Counted from the first letter of the stretch, positions 30,464 to 41,866 are shown. The stretch is DNA of 64,000 nt from Bacilli bacterium (GCA_017447725.1 JAFSMX010000014.1:14006-78005); one strand, 5' to 3'. Notes: a model not told the origin generated them from the sequence alone. Made by a program: numbers and translations.

Positions 30464-31899
30464 TTTTCTTCCCCCTTAGTGCTATACTTACAAATTTCAC
30501 TTCCGAGTTTATCGTAGTTAATTTCGGAGAATTTCACGCCATAATGTTCCGCTAAAATTTGGATAACAAGAGGTTGACAGAAACCACCTTGACATTTACC
30601 AAATCCAGCACGAGTTCTCTTTTTAAGAGCCTTCACACTATGAGGTGGAACACTACGTGATAATTCGTCTAAGATTTCTCCATAAGTGACTTTTTCACAG
30701 TTACAAATAATTCGTCCGTAACGATGATCTTTTTGAATCAAAGCGTTGCGTTCTTCTTCATTCATCTCACTAAGATGAACACGAGGACGAACTTTACCAC
30801 TCCATTTTTCTTTTTTGGCTAAAGTTAATACTTTAGAAACACAGTTATCAACGATATATTCCGCAATTGCAGGAGAGGAAACTAATCCTGGGGATTCGAT
30901 TCCACTAGCGTTAATAAAGTTTGGATATTCTTTCGAAGGACCAATGACAAAGTCATGGGTGGATGGAGTTGGTCGATTACCAGCGAAAATACGAATCACT
31001 TGGTTAAATGGAATCGAAGGAACCATTGCTTGTGCTTGGGCACGGACATTATCGAGTGTCGCCTTATCACAACTTACTTGATCCTTATCATCACTCCATT
31101 CACTACTTGGGCCAACAATATAGTTACCACTAGTCGTTGGGGAAACAAGAATTCCTTTACCCTTTTCACTTGGAAGAGGGAAGATAACATGGTTAACGAG
31201 GCCTTTGGCATAGTGATCAAGAACAAAATATTGTCCTTTACGAGCTTTAATGTTGTAATCGATTGGTTCAACCATGGAGTGAATCTTGTCTCCATAGATT
31301 CCCGCACAGTTAATGACAACTTTAGTTTCGTATTTTCCTTTTGAAGTAATAACTTCAAATCCTTCTTTATTTGGTTTAATGTTTTCCACTACTTCATTTA
31401 GGTGAAGTTCGACACCTTGATCCACAGCGTTTTCCATCGCGTGAACAACTAGGGTAAATGGATTCACGATTCCAGCAGTTGGGGCAAGAAGGGCGCCTTT
31501 GACTTCTGGATTAATATTTGGTTCTAAAGCAAGAACTTCTTCTTTTGAAAGAAGCCTTACTTCCACACCATTTAGTTTCGAACGTTCAGCAAGTTCTTTT
31601 AGCATTGGCAGTTGTTCATCATAAAGAGCAACAGTCATCGAGCCAATTTTTTCAAAATGTACGTCGAGGTCTTTACAAAGTTCTGGATACATCTTGTTGC
31701 CAAGAACATTAAACTTTGCCTTTAAAGTTCCCGGGACTGGATCATAACCAGAGTGAACGATGGCGGAATTGGCCATACTTGTGGCGTTTCCGACATCGTT
31801 CTCCTTTTCTAAGACGAGGACATTGAGTTGGTATGAGGAAAGTTTGCGGGCGACAAGCGCACCAACACAACCAGCACCAACAACAATGACGTCAAACAT
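30460..31899 (-). CDS. FAD-dependent GlpA/LhgO-like oxidoreductase with a C-terminal BFD-like [2Fe-2S] domain
   Basis: FDVIVVGAGCVG dinucleotide motif; C-terminal Cys cluster CNCEKV...GKCQGGFC. Confidence 0.75.
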   Translation of the reverse strand: MFDVIVVGAGCVGALVARKLSSYQLNVLVLEKENDVGNATSMANSAIVHSGYDPVPGTLKAKFNVLGNKMYPELCKDLDVHFEKIGSMTVALYDEQLPMLKELAERSKLNGVEVRLLSKEEVLALEPNINPEVKGALLAPTAGIVNPFTLVVHAMENAVDQGVELHLNEVVENIKPNKEGFEVITSKGKYETKVVINCAGIYGDKIHSMVEPIDYNIKARKGQYFVLDHYAKGLVNHVIFPLPSEKGKGILVSPTTSGNYIVGPSSEWSDDKDQVSCDKATLDNVRAQAQAMVPSIPFNQVIRIFAGNRPTPSTHDFVIGPSKEYPNFINASGIESPGLVSSPAIAEYIVDNCVSKVLTLAKKEKWSGKVRPRVHLSEMNEEERNALIQKDHRYGRIICNCEKVTYGEILDELSRSVPPHSVKALKKRTRAGFGKCQGGFCQPLVIQILAEHYGVKFSEINYDKLGSEICKYSTKGEEK

Positions 31900-31914
31900 A
31901 GTTAATTTACCTGA

Positions 31915-34077
31915 TTATTTATGGTGTTTAGCTGGTTTTTTTCCAGTTACAGCTGGTTTTTCAACATAACCGGCTGGTTTTTCAATGAATTCACGATGTG
32001 AAACTTTCACTTTGCCGTGATCATCGATTTCGCAAACACGAACTTTTAAGACATCTCCGACTTTGACTTTGTCGCTTGCTTTAGCAACATAGCCCCAGTC
32101 TAAACGGGAGACGTGGCATAATCCTTCGGTTGTACCGAATAATTTTACAAATGCGCCATAATCTTCGACACGGGTGACTTCGCCATCGTAGACTTCACCA
32201 ACTTTGGCTTCTCTAACGATGTCTTCGATCATCTTCTTGGCTTTGTTAATCATTTCACGGTTCATGTGATAGATGACGATTAAGCCATTATCATCGATAT
32301 CGATTTGGACATTATCGCACTGAGCAATAATTTCATTAATGACCTTACCACCAGTTCCGATAACTTCACGGATCTTATCGACATCAATTTGCATTTTGTC
32401 GAGTTTTGGAGCAAATTCGCTAACATCTGGACGTGGAGCTGCAATAGCTTTGCTCATGACAGCGCGGATTTCCGCACGAGCCTTGTGGGCTTGAGCTAAA
32501 GCTTCACGTAAGACTTCACGGGTAACACCAGCAATCTTAATATCCATTTGAAGAGCGGTAATACCGACTTCAGTACCGGCAACCTTGAAATCCATGTCAC
32601 CGAAGTGGTCTTCAAGACCTTGGATATCGGTGAGGATGGTGTATGGGTTAGTATCAAGCGAACCTGTGGAGATTAAGCCCATAGCGATACCGCTGACCAT
32701 ACGGCGGATTGGAACACCAGCCGCCATTAATGACATACAACCAGCACAGATGGAAGCTTGGGAAGATGAACCGTTTGATTCATAAACTTCAGAAACGACA
32801 CGGACTGTATATGGGAATTCTTCTTCGCTTGGAATAACGTAGGAAAGAGCTCTTTCGCCGAGGGCACCATGGCCGATTTCACGACGAGCAAGAACACCAA
32901 TCTTACCTGTTCCACCAACACACCATTGTGGGAAGTTATAGTGATGCATAAATCTCTTAGATTCTTCTGGTGTCAAATCATCAATGATTTGTTTATCACT
33001 TAAAGGTCCAAGTGTAGTTGTGGAAATAACTTGGGTTTGACCACGAGTAAACATGGCGGAACCATGAACTCTACGTCCGAGGATGTCAACTTGGGCATCA
33101 AGTGGACGAAGTTCATCTGGCTTACGGCCATCTGGTCTAATTTTATCTTCAGCAATTAAACGGCGAACTTCTTGGTGAACGATATCTTCTTGGATCTCGT
33201 GAACTTGTTGAACTGTCTTTGGATCAGCACCAGCTTCAGCATAAGCAGCTTCAGTTTCCTTTTCAATTGCTTCAATCTTTTCTTCACGTTCAAGTTTGTC
33301 TTTTGTGGAAACAGCTTTACGTAATTTCTTATCAACTTTTTCAGTGACTTCTGCGCGTAATTCTTCTGGAATAACTTTGAATTGGATGTCTTTGTTCTTT
33401 TCAACACCAATCTTCTTAATAATTTCCTTTTGGAAACGGCAGAGTTTCTTGACGGCTTCATGACCAAACATTAAAGCGTCAAGCATATCTTCTTCGCTAA
33501 CTTCGTTAGCACCGGCTTCAACCATGTTAATGGCTTCTTCTGTACCAGCGACACAAAGGTCGATATCAGAAACTTTACGTTGTTCAACTGTTGGGTTGAT
33601 GACGAGTTTTCCATCAACACGTCCAACATAGACACCTGCGATAGGACCATTGAATGGAACATCAGAGATGCAAACGCAGAGGGAAGAACCAAACATTGCT
33701 GTAATTTCTGGGGAATTGTCATAGTCGACCGCCATTACTTGGGAAACGACTTGAACTTCGTTACGGAAGCCTTCTGGGAAGAGAGGACGCATCGTTCTAT
33801 CAGTAATACGACTTGCTAAGATCGCATGAGAACTTGGGCGTGATTCTCTACGAAGGAATCCACCAGGAATCTTTCCGGCAGCATACATTCTTTCTTGGTA
33901 CTCAACACTGAGTGGGAAGAAATCCCAGTCAACAGTGTGTTTGGACATTGTCACGTTTGAAGTAACGACAGTGTCGCCATAACGCACCAAAACGCAACCA
34001 CGTGTTTGTTTACCGATTTCACCGGCTTCAACAACGAGTTTGCGGCCATCGAATTCTAATTCGAATGTTTTTTTCAT
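31915..34077 (-). CDS. pnp: Polyribonucleotide nucleotidyltransferase (PNPase)
   Basis: 720 aa; two RNase PH domains followed by KH and S1. Confidence 0.95.
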   Translation of the reverse strand: MKKTFELEFDGRKLVVEAGEIGKQTRGCVLVRYGDTVVTSNVTMSKHTVDWDFFPLSVEYQERMYAAGKIPGGFLRRESRPSSHAILASRITDRTMRPLFPEGFRNEVQVVSQVMAVDYDNSPEITAMFGSSLCVCISDVPFNGPIAGVYVGRVDGKLVINPTVEQRKVSDIDLCVAGTEEAINMVEAGANEVSEEDMLDALMFGHEAVKKLCRFQKEIIKKIGVEKNKDIQFKVIPEELRAEVTEKVDKKLRKAVSTKDKLEREEKIEAIEKETEAAYAEAGADPKTVQQVHEIQEDIVHQEVRRLIAEDKIRPDGRKPDELRPLDAQVDILGRRVHGSAMFTRGQTQVISTTTLGPLSDKQIIDDLTPEESKRFMHHYNFPQWCVGGTGKIGVLARREIGHGALGERALSYVIPSEEEFPYTVRVVSEVYESNGSSSQASICAGCMSLMAAGVPIRRMVSGIAMGLISTGSLDTNPYTILTDIQGLEDHFGDMDFKVAGTEVGITALQMDIKIAGVTREVLREALAQAHKARAEIRAVMSKAIAAPRPDVSEFAPKLDKMQIDVDKIREVIGTGGKVINEIIAQCDNVQIDIDDNGLIVIYHMNREMINKAKKMIEDIVREAKVGEVYDGEVTRVEDYGAFVKLFGTTEGLCHVSRLDWGYVAKASDKVKVGDVLKVRVCEIDDHGKVKVSHREFIEKPAGYVEKPAVTGKKPAKHHK

Positions 34078-34145
34078 TAATTATTTTCTCCTTTTTAAAA
34101 CTATTAAAATTTTAACATAAATGTTAGTTGAATAATACAAGAATT

Positions 34146-34178
34146 TGAAAAAAGAAAACACCATACAATGTATGGTGT
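34146..34178 (-). terminator. rpsO terminator / pnp leader hairpin
   Basis: Perfect 9-bp stem acaccatac...gtatggtgt followed by TTTTCTTTTTT on the minus strand. Confidence 0.6.
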
Positions 34179-34198
34179 AACTTTTAATAAGATTTAAC

Positions 34199-34465
34199 TT
34201 ATTTACGAATGGATAATTCAGCTAAGAGCTTGGCGTAAGCATCACGGTCAGTACGATTTAAGTAATCGAGTAAACCACGACGTTTTCCAACAAGCACGAA
34301 TAATCCACGTCTACCGGAAGCATCTTTTTTGTTTTTCTTAAGGTGCTTTGTGAGTTCGTTAATTTGTTCTGTAAGAAGAGCGATTTGGACTTCGACAGAG
34401 CCGGTGTCTTTTTCGTTCTTGCCGTACTTCTTAACGATTTCGGCGACTTTTTCTTTGGATAACAT
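34199..34465 (-). CDS. rpsO: 30S ribosomal protein S15
   Basis: 88 aa; canonical S15. Confidence 0.95.
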   Translation of the reverse strand: MLSKEKVAEIVKKYGKNEKDTGSVEVQIALLTEQINELTKHLKKNKKDASGRRGLFVLVGKRRGLLDYLNRTDRDAYAKLLAELSIRK

Positions 34466-34586
34466 GTTGTATCCCTCCTTTTATTAAGACTTGACTTAAT
34501 CCAGGAATAGCGTCGGAGTGCTCGCTAATCTTAGAATAAGTTGCGATAACTATTATATAAGAAATCAAAATGATTTCAATACTAAT

Positions 34587-35498
34587 TTAAACACCAAAAA
34601 CAAACTTAATATCAGATTCAATTTGTTTTTTAAGTTCTTCTAGAGAAGAAAACTTCTTCTCATCACGGACAAATTCGAGGAATTCGAGTTGGATTGATTC
34701 AGAATAGTTTTCTTTCGTGTAATTCATGACATGGATTTCGATCGTGACAACTTGAGAATCATCGATTGTTGGTTTAACACCAACGTTTGTAATGGCACGA
34801 TGTGGAATTCCATCGATATAAGCGATTGTTTTATAAACGCCAAATCGAGGAATAACATACGAATCAGATGGTTTTAGATTCATTGTTCGAATACCGATTT
34901 TTCGACCAATTCCAAGGCCATGAATGACCGAGCCAGACATGGTGAAATTATGGCCAAGCAAACGATTCGCTTCTGGAATGTTTCCTTGAGTAATGAGATA
35001 TTTAATATCTCTCGAACTAACTTTTACATCATGGTCAATGATTAAATCAACGATTTTTGTTGTGAAAAATTTCTTCAATAATTCAGCTTTTCCAAGTCGA
35101 TCTTTTCCAAAGCAAAAATCTGATCCGCAAAAGACTTCTTGAACATTCATTTTCTTTAATAAATCAATAAATGCATTTGGAGATAAATTAAGGAAATCTC
35201 CATCAATATCTAAAACATAGAATTGATCAATTCCCATTTTTGATACGATTCGGAACCGGTCATCTAAAGATGTCAGAATTGCAGGTGATTTTTCTTTATT
35301 TAAAAAAGCACTAACAGGTTTGGAAAAAGTCATCAAAACAGTTGAAAATTTGGCAGTTTTGCGGGCAGTTTCAATTAAAAATTGGTGTCCAAGATGAATT
35401 CCATCAAAGTAACCTAAAATAATGGAAATTGGCTCCTTGTTTTCTGGTAGATGATATTGATCAAATCGTTCTAGTTTCATCTTAAACCTCTTAGACAA
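34587..35498 (-). CDS. ribF: Bifunctional riboflavin kinase / FMN adenylyltransferase
   Basis: 303 aa with an HXGH-like motif GIHLGHQ; sits next to truB. Confidence 0.85.
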   Translation of the reverse strand: MSKRFKMKLERFDQYHLPENKEPISIILGYFDGIHLGHQFLIETARKTAKFSTVLMTFSKPVSAFLNKEKSPAILTSLDDRFRIVSKMGIDQFYVLDIDGDFLNLSPNAFIDLLKKMNVQEVFCGSDFCFGKDRLGKAELLKKFFTTKIVDLIIDHDVKVSSRDIKYLITQGNIPEANRLLGHNFTMSGSVIHGLGIGRKIGIRTMNLKPSDSYVIPRFGVYKTIAYIDGIPHRAITNVGVKPTIDDSQVVTIEIHVMNYTKENYSESIQLEFLEFVRDEKKFSSLEELKKQIESDIKFVFGV

Positions 35499-36334
35499 TG
35501 ATATACCTTACCGCTTTGTAATTCATACATTGCAATTGGTCCTTCTTCATCTTTGACCACCACAAGTTTCTCTTTTTGCTTTACAAAGCAAAGCGATACT
35601 CCATTTTTAGCCTTTTTAGCATCTTCACCACTTACAAATTCAGTTGGGAAATCCTTGAGCATTTCATCCACGCTGATTAATTTTTCGGCTTTTGCGTAGC
35701 TAGCTTTCACAGAATTCTCCAAAGAATACTTACCAATTTTCACTCTAGTTAATTCAACTAAATGGCCAACACAGCCGAGTTTTGCGGCGATATCTTCTGC
35801 TAAAGTTCGAACATATGTTCCTTTGGAAACTCGACAAATAAATGTGATTTCATCTGTTCCATTAAAATTAACTAATCCTATTTCAAAAACTTCAATTTCT
35901 CGTTGTTTTAATTCAAAATCAACATTCTTACGAGCAAGAGCATAAGCTCTTTCGCCATTTACTTTTAAAGCAGAATATTTTGGTGGGGTTTGCAAGGATT
36001 TACCCAAAAATTGCTGGAGAATTTTATTAATTTTATTAATATCCAGATTCGGAACCTTAACTTCTTCAACTACCGCTCCATCTTTGTCTCCGGTATCTGT
36101 TTTTTGCCCAAGTTTTAGCTTAGCTAAATAAGTTTTATCAAGTTGCTCAATAAAAGGAGCAATCTTCGTTGCGCGACCAGCTAAAACAATTAATAAACCT
36201 TCGGCAAAAGGATCAAGAGTTCCAATGTGCCCCATCTTCTTTTCATGAAGAAGTTTTGAGACTGTGTTGACTTCTTGACGAGAAGTTCTTCCTTTTTCTT
36301 TATTAATTAATAGCGCGCCTGTAATCATTTTCAA
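35477..36334 (-). CDS. truB: tRNA pseudouridine(55) synthase
   Basis: HIGTLDP catalytic Asp motif. Confidence 0.9.
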   Translation of the reverse strand: MKMITGALLINKEKGRTSRQEVNTVSKLLHEKKMGHIGTLDPFAEGLLIVLAGRATKIAPFIEQLDKTYLAKLKLGQKTDTGDKDGAVVEEVKVPNLDINKINKILQQFLGKSLQTPPKYSALKVNGERAYALARKNVDFELKQREIEVFEIGLVNFNGTDEITFICRVSKGTYVRTLAEDIAAKLGCVGHLVELTRVKIGKYSLENSVKASYAKAEKLISVDEMLKDFPTEFVSGEDAKKAKNGVSLCFVKQKEKLVVVKDEEGPIAMYELQSGKVYHCLRGLR

Positions 36335-36363
36335 AATAATGTAAATATTATATTATATTTAGC

Positions 36364-37482
36364 ATGAAAACCATACGAACCATTTTAGGTCAAATCAGAA
36401 AAGCTGATCAAAAGTTCTCTTTTTTCAACGAAAAAGATCGCATTATGATTGGCGTTTCAGGCGGAAAAGATTCAATGGTTCTTTTGTATGCCTTAAATCA
36501 ATATAAAAAGTTTAAATGTGCCAATTTTGAGATTGTTCCAGCAATTCTTGATTTAGGTTTTCCTGGTTTTGATTCTACAGAAATGGAGAAATATGTTGCA
36601 TCTTTAGGTCTTAAACTTCATGTTGTTGATTCAAAAGAGGTTTATCAAATCCTGAAAGTTCAACAAAAAGATACACCACACCTGCCATGCTCAATCTGTT
36701 CAAGAATGAAAAAAGCAGCTATTAATAAGACTGCTCATGAATTAGGTTGTAACAAAGTCGCTTTTGCTCATCATGGTGATGATGCTGTTGAAACATTGAT
36801 GATGAACCAGATTTTTGGTGGTCGATTTGCAACCTTCCAACCAAAAATGTTCCTAGAAAGAAGCGGTATTCAATTCATTCGCCCTTTAATTCTTTGTCAT
36901 GAAGATCAAATTATTCGATGTGCCAAAGAAGAAGGTATTCCAGCCTACCCATCTCATTGTCCGAATGATGGCAATACAATGCGTGCTGAAATGAAACAAA
37001 TGCTAAAAGAAATTTATGCTAAATATCCGATGGCAAAAAAGAACTATTTCTCCATGCTTGAAAACTACGAAAAAGAAACTCTTTATTACCAGGATTATTA
37101 CTTCAAAATTGAGCGAAAAGATTTGTCTCTTCACCCAGTTATTTCAGCTAAAGATGCTTTACTTGAACAACAGCTCAGAAGCAAACTAAAAATCAATAAT
37201 TTTGATGACGATAGACAGCGTTTTATTATTTACAAAATTAACCAACCTATTGGGGTTTTGTCGATGAAAACAACCAGCAATTCTCGGTTAATTTGCGATT
37301 TAGAGTTTATCCGTGAATCAAAGAAAAATCGTCAAAATATCATTCATTACTTAGAAACAACAATTGAACATTTTGATCTTGCTGATGCAGTTATTTTAGA
37401 AAAATCTAGTCACAGTGAATTCTACGAAACTTTAGGTTATAAAAAAGCCCGCCGAGGCGAGCTTATTAAGTATCTCAAATAG
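36364..37482 (+). CDS. ttcA: TtcA-family tRNA 2-thiocytidine synthetase-like PP-loop ATPase with an extra ~130 aa C-terminal (GNAT-like?) domain
   Basis: SGGKDS PP-loop; CSICSRMKK and AHHGDD motifs as in TtcA; HCP third Cys. The C-terminal 240-372 extension is of unknown function. Confidence 0.7.
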   Translation: MKTIRTILGQIRKADQKFSFFNEKDRIMIGVSGGKDSMVLLYALNQYKKFKCANFEIVPAILDLGFPGFDSTEMEKYVASLGLKLHVVDSKEVYQILKVQQKDTPHLPCSICSRMKKAAINKTAHELGCNKVAFAHHGDDAVETLMMNQIFGGRFATFQPKMFLERSGIQFIRPLILCHEDQIIRCAKEEGIPAYPSHCPNDGNTMRAEMKQMLKEIYAKYPMAKKNYFSMLENYEKETLYYQDYYFKIERKDLSLHPVISAKDALLEQQLRSKLKINNFDDDRQRFIIYKINQPIGVLSMKTTSNSRLICDLEFIRESKKNRQNIIHYLETTIEHFDLADAVILEKSSHSEFYETLGYKKARRGELIKYLK

Positions 37483-37487
37483 AAGAA

Positions 37488-37844
37488 TTATTTCTTCATT
37501 TTTTGGAGTTGTTCGGACTCCTTTTTTAATACCTCATCAAGATGGTTCATTTTTTCATATGTTTCATCTAGATAGAAGGTAATTTCTGGAGTTTTTCTAA
37601 TGTCAATTTTCTTAGCTAAGGAAGAGCGAACATAACCACGAGTTTTATTTAATTCTTCTAGGTTTTGCTTAGGATATTTTGCTCCTAAGAAAGTCACATA
37701 GACTCTAGCGTAAGAAAAATCGCTACTCACCCAGACTTCGCTCACTGTGCAAAAACCAATTCTTGGGTTCTTTAGTTCGAACTGGATGATCTCAGAAATA
37801 TTCTTTCCGATAATTGACTGGATACGTTGTGTACGATCAGCCAT
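37488..37844 (-). CDS. rbfA: Ribosome-binding factor A
   Basis: 118 aa in the conserved position after infB. Confidence 0.9.
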   Translation of the reverse strand: MADRTQRIQSIIGKNISEIIQFELKNPRIGFCTVSEVWVSSDFSYARVYVTFLGAKYPKQNLEELNKTRGYVRSSLAKKIDIRKTPEITFYLDETYEKMNHLDEVLKKESEQLQKMKK

Positions 37845-39673
37845 TATTCTTTCTCCACCATTTCGTATGCTTCGATGACATCGTTTTCTTTAATATCGTT
37901 AAAGTTTTCAATGGTCATACCACATTCGAATCCTTCTTTAACTTCTTTGGCGTCATCTTTAAATCTCTTAAGAGAATTTAATTTGCCTTCATAGACAATC
38001 ACGCCGTCACGAAGAACGCGGACACTAGAACCAGATTTAATGACACCAGAGGTGACATAAGATCCGGCAACTGTACCGACTTTGGAAATCTTAATTAATG
38101 AACGAACTTCCGCTTGTCCAATAACTTTTTCCACTTGTTCTTTCTTATACATACCTTTAATGGCGGCTTCCATTTCCTCAGTTAAAGCGTAGATGATTCG
38201 ATGTAATCGAATTTCAACGCCTTCTTCTTCGGCTTTGGCTTGGACCATCGCGGTCGGACGAACATTAAAACCATAGATAATGGCGTTTGATGCACTAGCA
38301 AGCATAATGTCGTTATTGGTAATCGCACCAGCGCTACTATGAATAACGTTAATGTGAACTTGATCGTTACTTAATTTATCTAAGCTAGCTTTAACTGCTT
38401 CAGCAGATCCAGTAGTATCAGCTTTAAGAACGATATTTACTTCTTGGACTTCACCATTACTTTCAGTAATTTTACTGTAAAGTTTTTCTAAGGTGGCGGC
38501 TGCTTGAGCGCCTTGTTCAGTTTGCTTCTTAATTAAAGCACGTTTTTCAGCGATTTCACGGGCTTGCTTTTCCGTTGGGAAAGCCATGAATTTATCGCCA
38601 GCGTTAGGTACTTCACTTAAACCAATAACCACAACAGGTGTGGATGGTTTAGCTTCTTTAAGAATCTTCTTATGTTCATTTGTCATACGACGAATCTTTC
38701 CATACGCTGTACCAACGACAACGTAGTCTTGGAAAGAAAGAGTACCATTTTGGACAAGAAGTGTTGCTTTTGGACCCTCACCTTTGTCGAGATTTGCTTC
38801 AATAACTGTACCAATCGCATAACGATTTGGGTTAGCTTTGAGTTCTTGCATTTCCGCGACCAAAAGGATGGATTCAAGAAGTTCTTTAATACCAATATTC
38901 TTCTTGGCGGAGATTTCACAGCAGATGTTACTTCCACCGTATTCTTCAGCAATAATGTCATAAGACATTAATTCAGTTTTAATTCGACTTGGATCAGCAC
39001 CTTCCTTATCAATCTTGTTAATTGCGACAATGATTGGGACTCCGGCAGCTTTGGCGTGGTCAATGGCCTCAATTGTTTGTGGCATGACTCCGTCATCGGC
39101 GGCGACAACTAAAACAACAATGTCAGTGACCGCAGCACCACGACTTCTCATCGCGGTAAATGCTTCGTGTCCTGGAGTGTCAAGGAAGGTAATCTTTTGT
39201 CCATTGATTTCTTTTTGGTAAGCACCAATGGCTTGGGAAATTCCACCAACTTCGCTATCAACAAGATGTGATGAACGAATGGCGTCGATTAAAGTTGTTT
39301 TACCATGGTCGACGTGACCCATAATGGTGACAACAGCTGGTCGAGGTAATAAGTCTTCTGGTTTATCAACGATTTCAACTTCTTCGAATTGTTCTTCAGA
39401 AACAATCTTTTCTTTCTTAAAGTCAAAACCGAATTGAAGACAAATTAGACCAATAGTTTCATCATCAAGGTTTTGGTTGATGGTAACCATCATCTTCTTT
39501 TCTAAAAAAAGAAATTTAATGATATCGTTAACGTTAATACCAAGTTCTTTGGCAAGTTCGCTAACGCTCATGCTACGGGTGAAAACAAACACGCCGTTAT
39601 TCACACGGTTCGTTTGTTCTTTTTGGTTTTGAGATGTTGGGATATTGCTTTTTCGAAAATCTTTTTTGGCCAT
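37844..39673 (-). CDS. infB: Translation initiation factor IF-2 (short N-terminus)
   Basis: G-domain motifs GHVDHGKTT and DTPGHEAF. Confidence 0.95.
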   Translation of the reverse strand: MAKKDFRKSNIPTSQNQKEQTNRVNNGVFVFTRSMSVSELAKELGINVNDIIKFLFLEKKMMVTINQNLDDETIGLICLQFGFDFKKEKIVSEEQFEEVEIVDKPEDLLPRPAVVTIMGHVDHGKTTLIDAIRSSHLVDSEVGGISQAIGAYQKEINGQKITFLDTPGHEAFTAMRSRGAAVTDIVVLVVAADDGVMPQTIEAIDHAKAAGVPIIVAINKIDKEGADPSRIKTELMSYDIIAEEYGGSNICCEISAKKNIGIKELLESILLVAEMQELKANPNRYAIGTVIEANLDKGEGPKATLLVQNGTLSFQDYVVVGTAYGKIRRMTNEHKKILKEAKPSTPVVVIGLSEVPNAGDKFMAFPTEKQAREIAEKRALIKKQTEQGAQAAATLEKLYSKITESNGEVQEVNIVLKADTTGSAEAVKASLDKLSNDQVHINVIHSSAGAITNNDIMLASASNAIIYGFNVRPTAMVQAKAEEEGVEIRLHRIIYALTEEMEAAIKGMYKKEQVEKVIGQAEVRSLIKISKVGTVAGSYVTSGVIKSGSSVRVLRDGVIVYEGKLNSLKRFKDDAKEVKEGFECGMTIENFNDIKENDVIEAYEMVEKE

Positions 39674-39707
39674 ATCTAACTTCCTCCTTTCCGATTAGAA
39701 AACGATA

Positions 39708-41333
39708 TTATTTATCGTCATCATCGTAGTATTGGTCGTATTCGTCGTAGTCGATTTCTTCTTCATCATCGACATATTCGTCATCGAAGAATTCTTCTTC
39801 CTCTTCCATACGAGCCAATTCTTCTTCAGTATAAATAGACATTTGTGGTTCTTTTTTAACTGGTTTAGCTTCTTCCACTTTTTCGTGTTCGACTTCGTCT
39901 TCAGTAATCTTACGTGGACGTTTAGAGGTCTTTTGAGTGGCTTTGAAAGCTTCTTTCTTTTGTTCCTTATCAAGTTCAGCTTCTAAGGATTCAAGAGTGG
40001 TTGTTGTACGAACCTTAGTTTCTTTAACTTCGGCTTTAGGAGCTTCTTCGACTGGTTCTTCAACCTTTGGTTGAGAGACTTCAACAACTGGTTTTTCTTC
40101 TTGAACTTCTTCATCAAGAATTTGTCTTGGTTTGGCTTTTTCATTGCCACTTTCAAGAGCAGATTCTTGTTCACGAGCAGCTTTAACTTGAGCAAGATAC
40201 TTCTCGTATTTTTCTTTTTGAGCACGAACCTTTTCTTCTTCTTGGATCTTTTCAAGAGATTTGAATTCAACTCCAAGATCAGCCATTTCGTGTTCTTCTT
40301 TAATATCAATGTTCCAGCCAGTTAATTTACAAGCTAAACGAGCATTAGCACCCTTACGTCCAATGGCTAAAGAGAGTTGGCCAGTTGGAACAATAGCGAT
40401 GGCTTTCTTATTTTCTTCATCTAAATAAATGTGGGTCACACTTGCTGGGCGAAGAGCGTCGATAATGAAAAGGTAATCATTTGGAGAATAAGAAATGATA
40501 TCAATCTTTTCTTTATCGCGGCTATTGCCGAGTTGAGCGACGATTTTTTGGATGTTACTTCCGTTAACTCCAATACAGGAGCCAACACAGTCAACGTTGA
40601 CATCGTTGCTGTAAACAGCAACTTTGCTACGGATTCCGGCTTCACGAACGAGGTTTTTAATGATGACAGTTCCGTTATAGATATCGGAAACTTCTTCTTC
40701 AAAAAGACGACGTAAATAGCCAGCATCACTACGGGAAACACGAACCATTGGTCCTTTTTCACTAGTGGAGACTTGGCTCACATATAAACGAATTGGGTCG
40801 CCGATATTAAACATTTCGTCACCAATGAGTTCTCTACGAGAAAGATACATCGATGTACGACCAATGTTCACGATCGCTCCACGATCATCACATTTTTCGA
40901 CAACACCGGTAATCATTTCGCCGACTTTATCTTTATGGGATTCATATAAAGCAAGTTTTTCAGCTTCGGCAAGTTTCTGTCTTAAGACAGATTTGACGAT
41001 TAAAGCAGTCAAACGTTTTAAATCTTCAACGTTAACTTCTTCGTGGTATTCATCACCTGCTTTAAGTTTTTTGTTAATTTTTTTAGCATCTTCTTCGGAA
41101 ATTTCAAGGTAGTCATCTTCGACTTCACTGACGACTTTCTTGACAAGTTCCATTTTGATGGCTGCTGGATCTTCGGTAATTTCGACACGAATATCCGCAT
41201 CATCTCCACCGCCTAATTGTTTCGCATAGGCTTTACGGAGTGATTCTTTTAAGGCATCAATAATTGATTGTTTAGAAATGCCTTTTTGGGCTTCGAGTTC
41301 ATCGAGAGCTTCTAGGAATTTTGTTGCATCCAT
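39708..41333 (-). CDS. nusA: Transcription termination/antitermination factor NusA with a long, extremely acidic C-terminal tail
   Basis: S1 and KH domains; the tail ends EEEEFFDDEYVDDEEEIDYDEYDQYYDDDDK. Confidence 0.9.
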   Translation of the reverse strand: MDATKFLEALDELEAQKGISKQSIIDALKESLRKAYAKQLGGGDDADIRVEITEDPAAIKMELVKKVVSEVEDDYLEISEEDAKKINKKLKAGDEYHEEVNVEDLKRLTALIVKSVLRQKLAEAEKLALYESHKDKVGEMITGVVEKCDDRGAIVNIGRTSMYLSRRELIGDEMFNIGDPIRLYVSQVSTSEKGPMVRVSRSDAGYLRRLFEEEVSDIYNGTVIIKNLVREAGIRSKVAVYSNDVNVDCVGSCIGVNGSNIQKIVAQLGNSRDKEKIDIISYSPNDYLFIIDALRPASVTHIYLDEENKKAIAIVPTGQLSLAIGRKGANARLACKLTGWNIDIKEEHEMADLGVEFKSLEKIQEEEKVRAQKEKYEKYLAQVKAAREQESALESGNEKAKPRQILDEEVQEEKPVVEVSQPKVEEPVEEAPKAEVKETKVRTTTTLESLEAELDKEQKKEAFKATQKTSKRPRKITEDEVEHEKVEEAKPVKKEPQMSIYTEEELARMEEEEEFFDDEYVDDEEEIDYDEYDQYYDDDDK

Positions 41334-41371
41334 TGTTTATTCTCCTTTATAACAAATGCAGTTTTATTAAA

Positions 41372-41866
41372 TTAAAATTTAATCGCGAGTCTAGCATCGT
41401 CGATATCCCCTCGAGGGATTTCGACTTTGACAAGACGTGTTTTCACTCTGAAGGAGAGTTTAACGATATCAGAGTTAACTTCATCGAGATCTCCTTGAAG
41501 AATGTTTTCACCCTTGATAGGGTGAGACAAATGGAAATGGACATATTTCCCAACGTATTTTTCTAACTCAGCAAGTTTAATCGGTTTTTCCGCTCCAAAG
41601 CTTGTGACATCTAAAACATATTCGTTTTGGATTAAATCCGCTTTGTCGAGCATTGGACTAATTAGATCGTTTACCGTGATGATTTCTTCTAGGGAGATCA
41701 CTTCTTCCTTATCAATCATGACACGTAGATAAAACGTTCCCATTTCTTTCTTATAGGAAACAGCAACATCGCTATAACCCAAAGCCAGAATTGGCGCCTT
41801 GATTAAGTCTAAAACACGTTCTTCAATACCCATTTCTAACCCCTTTAATAAATTAAAGAGTGCCAC
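41372..41866 (-). CDS. rimP: Ribosome maturation factor RimP
   Basis: In the conserved position upstream of nusA. The likely true start is the ATG at 41833 (MGIEERV...), which has an AAAGGGG SD. Confidence 0.8.
   Translation of the reverse strand: MALFNLLKGLEMGIEERVLDLIKAPILALGYSDVAVSYKKEMGTFYLRVMIDKEEVISLEEIITVNDLISPMLDKADLIQNEYVLDVTSFGAEKPIKLAELEKYVGKYVHFHLSHPIKGENILQGDLDEVNSDIVKLSFRVKTRLVKVEIPRGDIDDARLAIKF

Noticed and set aside
39695-39973. 92 aa Lys-rich ORF (and the neighbouring K-rich ORFs at 39983-40309 and 40071-40325) inside nusA
   Set aside because: Alternative-frame artefact of the GAA/GAT-rich sequence that encodes the NusA acidic tail; there is no RBS.
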